A DNA stretch of 64,000 nt. Origin: Selaginella moellendorffii. Lineage: Eukaryota > Plantae > Lycopodiophyta. The position numbers and the translations under genes were made by a program. The DNA lies in NCBI RefSeq assembly GCF_000143415.4, contig NW_003314267.1, positions 827,394 through 891,393 on the forward strand. Direction: 5' to 3'. This document shows, in pieces, positions 36,052-47,266 of the stretch (position 1 is the stretch's first letter; every line of letters begins with the position of its first letter). The notes under the pieces are model-generated. The model worked only from the letters and a program-made list of their open reading frames with translations. It was not told the DNA's origin and ran no database searches.

Positions 36052-38140
36052 CCCCCACCCCCTTGAGGAACACATGCTTTGGCCTTTCACCCCAAACCTC
36101 CCTTAGTACCAAGAGTTAGTCTCTAAGGCAAGTTTGAAACTTACTAAATATGGAATGTCCCTAAATTGTGAATTTGGACACGGGACGAACACCATTGTGT
36201 TCAGGACAATCTCTACATTTCATAAATATGCCAAATGAGCAAATCTAGACATTTTCCATAAATAGCATTTGGGACCGGAATAAGACTAACATAAAGGGCA
36301 TAATAGCTAAAGTGTTTGGCAGACACAATAAGCTATCATTCAGCAATATTGAGGGCCTAATCTCAATATGCAAGGGTTCTTGTCAAGCCAGTGCAAGACA
36401 GAGCAAAAGAGAATTAACAAGCTGGGCCAAGTATGTTTGACTAAATAGACACTTAGGAATTCCTTTCTTATACTCATCCGGCCAAATATAGATGCAAAGT
36501 TCAACTTACTAACATTTGAATAAGAGGACTGATAAAGGGTCTAGCAATACCCATGTGTGCCCATCATTAGCCTAGCTAAAATACTTTTTGGCTTTGTCCA
36601 ATTTTGGATAGACAGACTTCTCTTGTCTCTAGCTTTCCCCAACTTTGGACAGTGGATAGTATCTTGTATCCATTATTCTTTAGGTTTTAGTCTTTAGGTC
36701 TTTATCTAATGCCCTTATGATGCCAAATACCACTTTCTAAGTGATGAGCATTTCTTTTTATGACTTTGACTCACTATATGGGTTTAGGGTTTTAAACCAT
36801 TTAAGCAATTTATCTTCCTTCTTATCCTAATAAAAAGCCTTGGGAAGTTGACTTCCACCAATTCAATCAATTATGCCACATCTTTTGCTTAATTGCCTTA
36901 TAGTTGTTAAGCTCTATAACTCATTGTTAGTGCTTCCACACCTCCATCATTATTTGGTCCATACACTCAAATCACATGTTTTCCAACTTAGGCTATGCCA
37001 ATCCTATTTCCATTAAGATTTCTTTGGCAAAGGGTTCTCATTAACCTTTTTGACTTCAAGGCCTCATCCTTTGAAACACTTAGGGTCTCCACTTTATCAG
37101 TTTCATGAGCCTACTCTCATGACACTTTCTACTTATGTCTAGGTCTTTGCCAAGACCAAAGTAGTTGTTTCTCATACCAACTATCAGTTATATAGTGTTC
37201 ACACACAACTCTGTGCCAAAGTTGCTTTCTTCTAGAAACACCTTTCCCACGATTTTAGTATGGCACATTCTGCTATCAATAAAATACCTACTATTCTCAT
37301 ACTTGGATCTTATGATCCTCCTTGTCCTTTGTAAGATACAATGTACATTAGTCCAAATGCTTCCACCAATCATTTACGATCATTCCTTGACTTTACTTGA
37401 GTCATCTAGCTTTTGGACTTTGCTAATTTGATGACCCGTAAAGTCCTACTTTTGAGGTGCAAACTCATTGAAATACAACTTCTTGTATTCATATTCTACT
37501 CACAAAGGCCATTTTTGCAAGTGTTACACTGACACTTGATTATTCTTTGTTCCATGTAGGCTACTTTTACCCTTTAAGACTATCTATCCATATGATGAGA
37601 ATACTGACTCATCCTTTAAGTATACCTCCAACTTTTTGGGTTGTTCTAACATGTATTAAAGATAGCCCTAACTACCATTTCAAGGACCTATATTCTCATC
37701 AGTATTAGACCTTTTATGGTCATTAACTTCAGTCTTAAATTCTAGAGCACCATTCTCAATTATATAAGAATAATTTTATGACTCTTTTATTATCCAAGAG
37801 TTTCCATCATTCCCATGATCCCGACTGTAATTTTTTACCTCAACCACATTATCCAATTTACTAAGTCAAACACTTTTATAAATCACATCCTTAACTCTCC
37901 GAGGAAAACCTTGTATTGTTCCCGATCTTTATTAGCCCTTATCCTATTTATCCACCACATTGCTTACTAGTTCACACATGAACTATAAATTATAATGGAG
38001 AACTATGTCTTCCTAACCTACTACTCCTCAAGTATAGCCCCACTCCTAGAGCCTTCTAATGTCATTATCAAATGGTGATATACTTGATTGCTAATAAGAG
38101 TCAAATTAAGGAACAGCTCCGATACCAAGTTGTAAACGAC
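36052..38140 (-). mobile_element. Decayed internal region of an older LTR element interrupted by the Gypsy insertion
   Basis: Starts with the continuation of the PPT region (cccccacccccttgagg..gctttggcctttcacccc, cf. 30305-30345); ends at a PBS-like ccgatacca followed by agt-tgtaaac (~38119-38137). No long ORFs. Confidence 0.55.
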
Positions 38141-38229
38141 TAAATTTTTCATTTTACTTTAGCCACTTAACCACACCTTTGATCACTTGATCACTCACTC
38201 ACTCACTCCATAAGCCTTATTCCTAACTT

Positions 38230-38410
38230 CCATCTCGAACTCCATTTCAGACTCCATCTCGAGTCCATTTTAGACTTCATCTCGGACTCTATCTTGAACT
38301 TCATCTTTGGTCTATCTCGGGTCCATTTCGGACTCCGTCTCAGATCCATCTCAGGTCCATCTTGGACTGCATCTCGGACTCCATCTCGGGTCGATCTCAA
38401 ACTCCATCTC
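38230..38410. repeat. Degenerate 12-bp tandem array (tcggactccatc)
   Basis: About 15 units; related to the 30365-30620 array. Confidence 0.8.
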
Positions 38411-39032
38411 AACACTTCCACGTGTCATGTGTTAGTCCTCTTGTATCCTTTTTCTAGAAACTCACTTATTACTTCGTGCTCGTTCCTTGAGCACTTCATT
38501 GGGAGTTTCACTCCTACTTTTGACTTTTCAAGTTAGAGCTTTTAATCCAAACGTGTTGTGCTTATTTATTTTCTTCTTCGGCCACTACCATATAGCACCC
38601 TTTTGGCTCTACTTTGGGGCTTTGGGATTTCTAGCTTTCCGGAGTGTTTTTCGATAGAGGAAGGGCTTCTCGATTTGTTTCTTGCATGGGGCCAACTCTC
38701 TCTTATGGAGCTTGAGGACACAGTCACTTTGGACCAAGTCCATCTTTTGCAGGATATAGCCGAACTCAATCCTCCTCAGCAACTATCTGAGGTGTCACAC
38801 AGCTAACATCTTCTTACTAAAATCGCAGTAGCTGACGACTCCAAGCGTATTTTGTCATGCTGCTTCTTGGAGACGGAAGATGACATCTAGACACACAACT
38901 AGAAGAAAGAATCAAACCAATCAAATGTGCTGAAATGCAAGTTATAGCTCTTTGAGTTCAGAATTTCTTACTGTGGAGCCCCTGGTACTCCAACCACTAG
39001 AATGACAACTTCCTTTCGAAATTTACATCACG

Positions 39033-41070
39033 ATGGATGCTTTTGGAGTATGCCTTTGCCAATGTTCACAACCTAGCAACCCACCACATGCAACATACTA
39101 TGCCTCACATTTGTTCAAAGAGACTGAGAAGAAGTACGTAGATGTGGAAAAAGAAGCAATGGCTATTGTTTACACCTTGGAGCGATTTCGTCACTTTCTC
39201 ACTGGAGCCCATATCCATTTCCATGTCTATTTTAATGTGTTGACCTTTCTTTTACAAAGACCAGTTCACAGTCCTCGTACTTTATCTTGGATTGTGACCA
39301 TTGAAGAGTTCTAAACAACTTTTCACATGCAACATCTTCTTCAACAGCTGCAGGTCAAGCACTTGAAGAGTAGTAGCTATTATCTTGAGTGCAATGGCCA
39401 GGCCGAGTCTAGCAATAGGATATTGAAGACAGTCATTTCAAAGCTTGCGAAGGATCACCCAAGGCATTGGCACGAGCACTTGGTTACAGCATTGTGGGCC
39501 TTTCGGACGTCCTTCAAGACATCCATCTCTACGACCCCATTTTCCCTTGTCTATAGGACAGAGGCCATGCTTCCAGTGGAGATCCAAGTGCCATCACTCT
39601 CACTTTCACTCTAATATGCAGTAGCGATGTAGCTTAGCAATGAGGACAAGCTTCATGCACATGACTTGGAGGTTCTTGCTTTGGAAGAGCAGCGACGATC
39701 TACAACTGAACATCTTCTCCGGGGAAAGAAAAAGATCAAATCTAGCATTGATCACCAATGGTTTGCTGAACCATTTGCGAGTGGCAATCTTGTTCTACTC
39801 AAGGAGTTTACACCACCATCGAAGTTCTCCCCTCGCTGGACCGGCCCTTACTTTGTCTAGCAACACATTGGAGGTGGAGCATATGTGCTAATTGATGCTG
39901 ATGGATGTGAGCTCCCACACGCTCACAACCACTCTCACCTCAAACGCTTCATCTGGTGAGGAGTTCCTCTTCTCTTCTTTTTCTTTTTCTTTTTTTTCTT
40001 TTCTTTCACTTTACTTTCATGACTCCTTTTCTTACTTTTAGAGGGTGTTTCCCCATTGGACCATGGCCAATGCCTTGGATTTCATGCTTAAACTACATTG
40101 CCGTTTGTATGGAGGTTCCTTACTTGGCTCGGTCTATGTTCCAAGTCCTTTGGCCCTTCCCTTACCATTACTACACCCCACACATTCCCCTCACCCATTC
40201 CATATCACCTACACTCACAGTTCCACCACCAATCACTTCCAACAGCGTTGCCCGCACTTATCTCTGGATGCCCATCTTGCATCTTTCATTCTTTCACCAT
40301 CATTCACATCTTTGTTTGAGGTCACAATTACACCATACTATGGACACACATACGCGCACCAGCAGCAAAAGACACCACCTCATTTGGATATGCTGTTTCC
40401 AAGATATCCTTACGACCATTTGTCGACGACGCACTAGCTTTTCTGGAGCGCCTTTCTTCCAACCAGGTGAACCTGTTCACTCAAAGCACCTAGGTGGATC
40501 TTTAGGTGAGGCAATAGAAGCTGAAGCCACTTTCTTTTGCTCCAGCACTCGGTGGACACATGCCACCTCTCTTTATTGGCAACCTAACGACTGTGCCATC
40601 CTTTTCAATTGCTGTCTTCCTCAGTCTGACACATTAGTCCATTGGCCTACCACTTCTCAAAGTGCCACCACCATCTCAGTGCTCCACCATATCACTCCAC
40701 CATATTGGTGCTGGAGCAGGTGCATGAGTAGGAGCGAGAGTAGGTGGTTACCATTATAGGTCTCTAGTTATTGGTTACTAGTTATTGGTTACCGGCTGCT
40801 CCGAGAGGTCAATGCTTACTCCATGGGCCAACGGTTATAGATAACCACCTTTTCAGAGTGCCACCACCATCTCGGCGCTCCACCATATCACTCCACTTTC
40901 ATCATTTTTATTTTATAGGAAGATAGGGAATATTCTAAGGACCAAAATATTCCCTCTCTCTCTCTCAATGGGGGGTTCCAAATGTATAGTAGGGATAATG
41001 GGTAAGTTGGGTATGGCCGACCAACTTGAGGTATAGTCTAACTTCTCCTTGCATGTCTGTCCTTGTTCTA
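39033..41070 (+). mobile_element. Internally deleted non-chromovirus (Tat/Athila-like) Gypsy: RNase H and integrase remnants, long 3' region, PPT and start of LTR-B
   Basis: YYAS..ETEKKY..VEKEAMAIVY.LERFRHFL; NGQAESSNRILK..W...L..ALWAFRTSFKTS..TTPFSLVY.TEAMLPVE; KFSPRWTGPY; gggggttccaaa|tgtatagtaggg at ~40970-40994. Confidence 0.8.
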
Positions 41071-41077
41071 CATTTAG

Positions 41078-42462
41078 TGTAGCACATGACCCTTTATTCT
41101 ATGGTGTTTTACCATAAAATAATCACAAAGAAAAACTTAAACCCTCTATATGTGGAATTCAAGTTTTAAAGCTTTGGGCCACTAAATGAATGGAGCCAAA
41201 TGTAAACTCCTTAATTTGGACTTCTTGGGAGGTAATCCAGCCTAATACTATTCAAACATAAAGAAGCTTAATTAATTATAAAAAGGGGTGCACTCTTGTT
41301 TATGGGACCCTTTCCCTCTATATTTGAACCCCATAGATCATCTCTCAAGTCATTCCCTTTGATTGCTTACAATCCACCATATTTCCTTGCAAGTTCACGC
41401 CCTTGTGAAAGGAAATATAAGCAACCAAAGGGAACGACTCAAGGGACGATTCATAAGGGTTCAAATATAGAGGGAAAGGGCCCATGAATAAAAGTGCACC
41501 CTCTTTTCCAATCGGTTAAGGGTCTTGAGATATTTGGGGTTAAGCGTCATTGTGTTTGAATAGTATTAGGTTGGGTGACCTCTCAGGAAGTCTAAACTCA
41601 AGAGATTATAGGAAACTAATAGCCACAGCTCTCCCGAGAGCCTCGCTTTTTTGACACCCTACCCCTTAGGTCGAGCCTAGTTGGGAGCAAATTGAACCTG
41701 CCAAATGTCAATTAACATATGATGTGATTCCCCGAAACCTCTTTGATACCATGGGTTGGGTAACCTCCTAGGAAGTCTAAACTCAAGAGCTTATAAGAAA
41801 CTAATAGCCACAGCTCTCCCGAGAGCCTTGCTTTTCTGACACCTTACCCCTTAGGTCAAGCCCAGTTGGGAGCAAATTGGACCTGCCAAATGTCAATCAA
41901 CATATAATGTGATTCCCCAAAACCTTTTTGATACCAAATGTAAACTTCTTAATTTGAACTTCTTGGGAGGTCACCCAACCCAATACTATTCAAACCTAAG
42001 GACGTTTAACAAGACCTTTAACTGATTGGAAAAAGGGAGTGCATTTTTGTTCATGGGCCTTTTCCCTCTATATTTAAACCCTATGGATCGTTTCTCATGA
42101 TTGCTTACACCAAACTCCTAAACTTGAAGCCAAGAAGTAAAAGAACTAGAGCATGGAGTGACTCTTAAGCATACAGCACAAGGAGTGAAGGAATAGTAGT
42201 ACAGAGTGGCTTGGAACAGTCCTAGCATTTAGCATCCCAATGCCAGGACTAGCATGCAAAACAGAGCCAAACAGAATTTGGTGTTATTTTAGCATACCGG
42301 TAGCCTAATGTAAGGATATGGGTACTTCACCAACTAGCGTGGTATGGAATTTGGGCTTAAATCCAAGTTGGATGCAAAACAAAGACAAGCACACAAGCAA
42401 GAGCTAAATTACACCTTAAGTTCGTCAGCCATTCTTGACCTACCCATTATTCTTACTATACA
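41078..42462 (-). mobile_element. LTR-B copy interrupted by the Cassandra insertion
   Basis: Sequence on both sides of 41201-42108 aligns with the reverse complement of 42615-43054; TGTAG..ATACA ends; PPT follows at 42463-42480. Confidence 0.7.
41201..42108 (-). mobile_element. Cassandra TRIM with nested antisense solo LTR (41416-41610) and internal tandem duplication
   Basis: LTRs 41201-41371 and ~41939-42108; matching 5-bp flanks CCAAA; nested LTR flanked by a GGAAA TSD; two PBS copies (~41744-41751, ~41929-41936); 5S-like ggttaagcgtcattgtgtttgaatagtattaggttgggtgacctctcaggaagtc at ~41538-41593. Confidence 0.88.
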
Positions 42463-42614
42463 TTTGGAACCCCCCCCCCTCCTCCTTTGAGGAACAAGAG
42501 GGACTGATAAAGGGAAGGGAATCAACAATACTGGTTTCTTACTGTCATGGCAGTAAGGAAAGAATATCTGAAAGTACTAGCTGACAAGTAATTTTTGATA
42601 CCTAAAATCACATT

Positions 42615-43054
42615 TGTGACATCCAGCTTGGGTCTAAACCCAAGTTCCATACCATACTAGCTGGTGGAGTATCCATATCCTCGCATTAGGCCACCGGTAT
42701 ACTGAAATAATGCCAAACTCCATTTGGCTCCGTTTTGTGTGCCAATTTTGGCATTAAGATGCTAAATGCTTTAGGATTGTTCCAAGTTGTTGTATATTCC
42801 TATCCTTTGGCTCTTTGGGTTGTATGCTCAGGAGACATTCCGTGTTTTAGTTCCTTCATTCTTTAGCTTCATACTTAGGAGTTTAGCTTTGGACCTTCAT
42901 TCAATGGCCCAATGCCTTGAAACTTGGGTTCCGCACCATTGTTTTTTTGATATGTGGTATATGACATGTGGCAGATAGAAGGTTTAGGTTCGGCTTCATG
43001 GTTATCCTATGGTAAATCACCATAGAATAAATGGTAGAAACCACATCTACTACA
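42615..43054 (+). mobile_element. Inverted, 5'-truncated LTR-B copy
   Basis: Reverse complement of 42110-42380 and 41078-41200; ends tactaca. Confidence 0.7.
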
Positions 43055-43142
43055 GTTAAGTTAGAGAAATAAAAAAAATTCTTAGGAAAAAGTAAAAGGT
43101 AAAAAAAAAAGGGTTAGATGGTAAATTAAAAGATTAACACTT

Positions 43143-43690
<548 letters not shown>

Positions 43691-44844
43691 TATTTATAAA
43701 CCTTACAAAATCAATAATTTCTTACATATTTAAATATCAATACTTAATATCCATATTTACTATCTTATGAATTCAATATCTTATACATTTGAATCTCATG
43801 TGAATTTATGAAATAAATGACAAAGTATAAAGTCCATACAAGGTTTTAATATAACATTATTTAAAATATTTGAATTTAAAATTGATGATGTTGTTATTAT
43901 TAGTTAATATTTTATATGAGTAACATTGTAGTAAAGTAAAGAATTTTATTAAATGTTTCTTCTAGGAAATGAGTCATAAAATTTTTTTTATATATTTTAG
44001 TTGTGATCATTTAATTTCATATAAAATATTTCATATTTAATATTTTATATTATTAACTAAAATTTAATAGTAGTTGTTAATATAATTATTTAAATTTAGT
44101 ATATTTATTTACAAATTTTTTGTTATCTGGATCACATTATATTTTGGCATTATATTTTGGTAAAATGTGTGGGTACAATAGAAGTATATTTCACAACTTA
44201 ATAAATAATTAAATATAAAAAGTTAATAAAATATTTTATTTAATTAAAATAACACTTATTTTAAAAATATTTTAACTTCAATTGCATTTACCAATGCTTA
44301 GAGAACTTAGTGGCTATAAACATTGTTGATATTAAAAGATACATAAAGAACATTTTAATGTTAATAATGCTCAACTGAAAGACAATAAAATATATGCAAA
44401 TTAATTTCCTTTATCATTGTTGTCCTTAAAACACTTTGCAATCCAAGAAATTCTTTAACACTAATTTCTCTTAAGTTTTGTTGGGAGAACTTTTTCATGT
44501 TGAAACATTAAATTCCTACAATATTTTAAACTCTTTACAAATTCAATGCAAATTGGCTATAGAGGAGAGGCACTGTCTAATCTTGTGTGGGTAGCTGTGG
44601 TGGTGGGGTCTCTCAGAATTGAACTTAAAAAGGAAAGAACTTTCTCATCGACATAAAAAAAACATTGGTTTTTGGAGCACGGCACGTCATTCCAAGATCA
44701 TGATTCTGGTCGATCACAAAGGCATGGGCGCCAGCACAGCCATCGGATCGAATCGAACGGCTAAGTCGAGGCTGCCGTTGATTCCGTCAAGTTGGAGCGG
44801 GAAAAATGCCAGAGTAGGGCTTCTATAGGCGATGCCAGGCGGCG

Positions 44845-46449
44845 ATGGCGGCCTTCCACAAGGCCATGATCTGCCGCATTTGGATCGTGCTGCTCGTCAC
44901 TCTTCTCTGGATCGGCCTCTGGTACAGCAGAATCTCTCCGGCGACCTCGGATTTGGCAGCGCACAGGAAGGATCTTCACAGGTTTGGAGGAAATTTGGCC
45001 CGGAATTCGTCCTTCTCGAAGTTCTGGGAGGTGGAAGACGGCCAGCTTACTGCCGATCTCATCCACGAGGTTGTGGAGGAGCTCGAGAAGATTAGGGATG
45101 GGACTCCTGGTGGTGTGGTCGCGGCTAATCGCAAGGAGCCTTGCGATGAGCGGCGGGATTTAGCAAGGGAACGGGGCTTTCGACGGATTGGAGAGACGCT
45201 TCACGCCTTTGTCCTCTCCAGTGTGGCAAGATTTTCTCTGGAAGAATTCACCGCGGTGGGATTGGTTTCTATCCAACTGAGAGGCTTTGCCGGTAATCCA
45301 TTGCAGTCTTGTGCTTGGGTTCCAAAGGCTGGATCCAGTTCTGTCGCGGCTGCTCTGGCGGCTTCCAACGATTCTTCGGTGATTTGGGGGAACTCTTGGC
45401 TGGGGTACGTGAATGAAAGCCACACGGAGAAGACCTTCTACGATGTGGGCGTGGTGAAATGCTCGTTCGAGGAGCCAGTAGGGGCAAATGGAGAAGGCGG
45501 GTTTCTAGTGCTCAACATGACAAGAAACTCGTCACCGCCACCTCTTGTGGATCACTCAGGGATCATCGAGCAAAGTTACGTGCCTGTTTTTCAAGAGCTT
45601 CCGGAAGAGATCTCCTCGATCCAATTCGAAGGGCCGTTTCGATTCGACTATGCCTACTGCTCGCCTCTGCTGACACCGAGCAAGAACGTATCGGCCAAGT
45701 ACGTGAAAGAGTGGCTCATGTATCACCAAGGCCTGTGGAGCGAGAGTCACGTCCACTACTTCTTCTACGACGCCGGTGGGATCGATTCGAGGCTGCTGGA
45801 AGTCTTCCAGCCGCTGATGGAGAAGAAGTTTCTCACAGTGATAGACATGAGAGAATTGGTACTGTTCGAGTCTGCTGGTGACGGTCACCAGCTTGTGATC
45901 AACGATTGCCTCCAGCGAAGCCGGTTTCTAGCGACCTGGGCATTCTTCTGGGACTTGGACGAGTACCTCCAGCTCGTAAATTCCACATCGATGGCAGCTT
46001 TGCTCAGGAGCTATGAGAGTTCTCCCTGGATATCTCTAGCAAACTTGGTGTGGAGCAGGACTTACTGCAAGGAAACGAGCGCGGAGGACGAGTGGGCCGT
46101 GGAGAGGATGCGTTTCAGGCTGCGGTACCCGACTTGCGGGGACGAGCAAAGGGCCGAGACTTGCCACGGCGTGGAGGGGCACAGGAAGTGGATCGCCAAC
46201 CCGCGCAAGGTGCTCGTCGCGTCCATCCACCGGACTGTGGAGCCCGAGTGGAACGGCGAGATCCTGCGAGCCTCCATCGCCAGGCTCAACCATTTCCACG
46301 GCCTGGCCGTGGAGGGCAGCGCGAATTCCAGCTGCTGGATCGTGAAGAAGCTCGACCAGGTGAACGAGTCGAGCCTGGTGGACGGATGGTGGCTCAAAGA
46401 CGAGAGCTTTGCAGTGGCCGCCATGGAGCAGCATCGCAAGGGACTTTAG
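44845..46449 (+). CDS. GT92/DUF23 glycosyltransferase (galactan beta-1,4-galactosyltransferase GALS-like), intronless
   Basis: Type II TM anchor; FDYAYCSPL, VKEWLMYH, HYFFYDAGG, QLVINDCLQRSRF..WAFFWDLDEYL (DxD), GHRKW..NPR..HFHG. Confidence 0.9.
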   Translation: MAAFHKAMICRIWIVLLVTLLWIGLWYSRISPATSDLAAHRKDLHRFGGNLARNSSFSKFWEVEDGQLTADLIHEVVEELEKIRDGTPGGVVAANRKEPCDERRDLARERGFRRIGETLHAFVLSSVARFSLEEFTAVGLVSIQLRGFAGNPLQSCAWVPKAGSSSVAAALAASNDSSVIWGNSWLGYVNESHTEKTFYDVGVVKCSFEEPVGANGEGGFLVLNMTRNSSPPPLVDHSGIIEQSYVPVFQELPEEISSIQFEGPFRFDYAYCSPLLTPSKNVSAKYVKEWLMYHQGLWSESHVHYFFYDAGGIDSRLLEVFQPLMEKKFLTVIDMRELVLFESAGDGHQLVINDCLQRSRFLATWAFFWDLDEYLQLVNSTSMAALLRSYESSPWISLANLVWSRTYCKETSAEDEWAVERMRFRLRYPTCGDEQRAETCHGVEGHRKWIANPRKVLVASIHRTVEPEWNGEILRASIARLNHFHGLAVEGSANSSCWIVKKLDQVNESSLVDGWWLKDESFAVAAMEQHRKGL

Positions 46450-47266
46450 AAACATTGACCTTATCCAGTCCACGCCAAATGTTGACTTCTTGTCAGAGCC
46501 CGCTTTAGACCCTACTGCAAGCGTGCATAAGAAGCTTGCGTGAGGAAAAAAATAAAGGCCCAGAAGTTGACTTGGTCAAAGACCTAAAAGGTAACCTAAA
46601 AAGGTGCCACGTAGACTTTCCTTGATCACATAGAAACGAGGAATATCTTATCGCTTCACCCGTATGGTATGTCCTGCGCCCTCCCTGACATGGCCGGAAG
46701 CAAAAAACCAAAATGGCGTGCTACTTGCTTTTGGTTGCTTGACACACACCAAAAAAAAGAAATAAAAAAAGCCTGGTTTGAGAGATTGAGATTTTGATAA
46801 CGTCCTTCCATGCAGTGGTTTTTTATATTGTTTTCCGGGGAAGGGAAAATAAAGCTGCTAGTATCTTTTGTCGTGGCCTTTCCCAAATCACTGTGATGTT
46901 TTGGCCCTCCTCGAGAGAGGTGATCATGCCATTGTTATCTAATGTATCTCAACATTTTTCGCGAAAACAATGGTTTTGATATGAACAAGATGAGTAACAA
47001 AGATCGCATCTGGAAGCACTGACATATAAATGTAGGAGACGAAAGCTACCAAACAGAGGCCATGCCTAGTTTAGCTAAAATGTGTCATAGTTTGTTAGAA
47101 GAGAGAGTGTGTGTAGCTAGTTAGCGAAGTATGGCGGGCCTGGCTTCTCCCAGCTTTTAAAATCAATGCTCTCATGGAATGGAGTGGAGTGGAGTGGAGA
47201 GCTTTATTTTAGGTCGTAGGAGGAGGAGGAGCTAGGAGAGAGCGCTAGAGAAAAGGCGAATCATCG

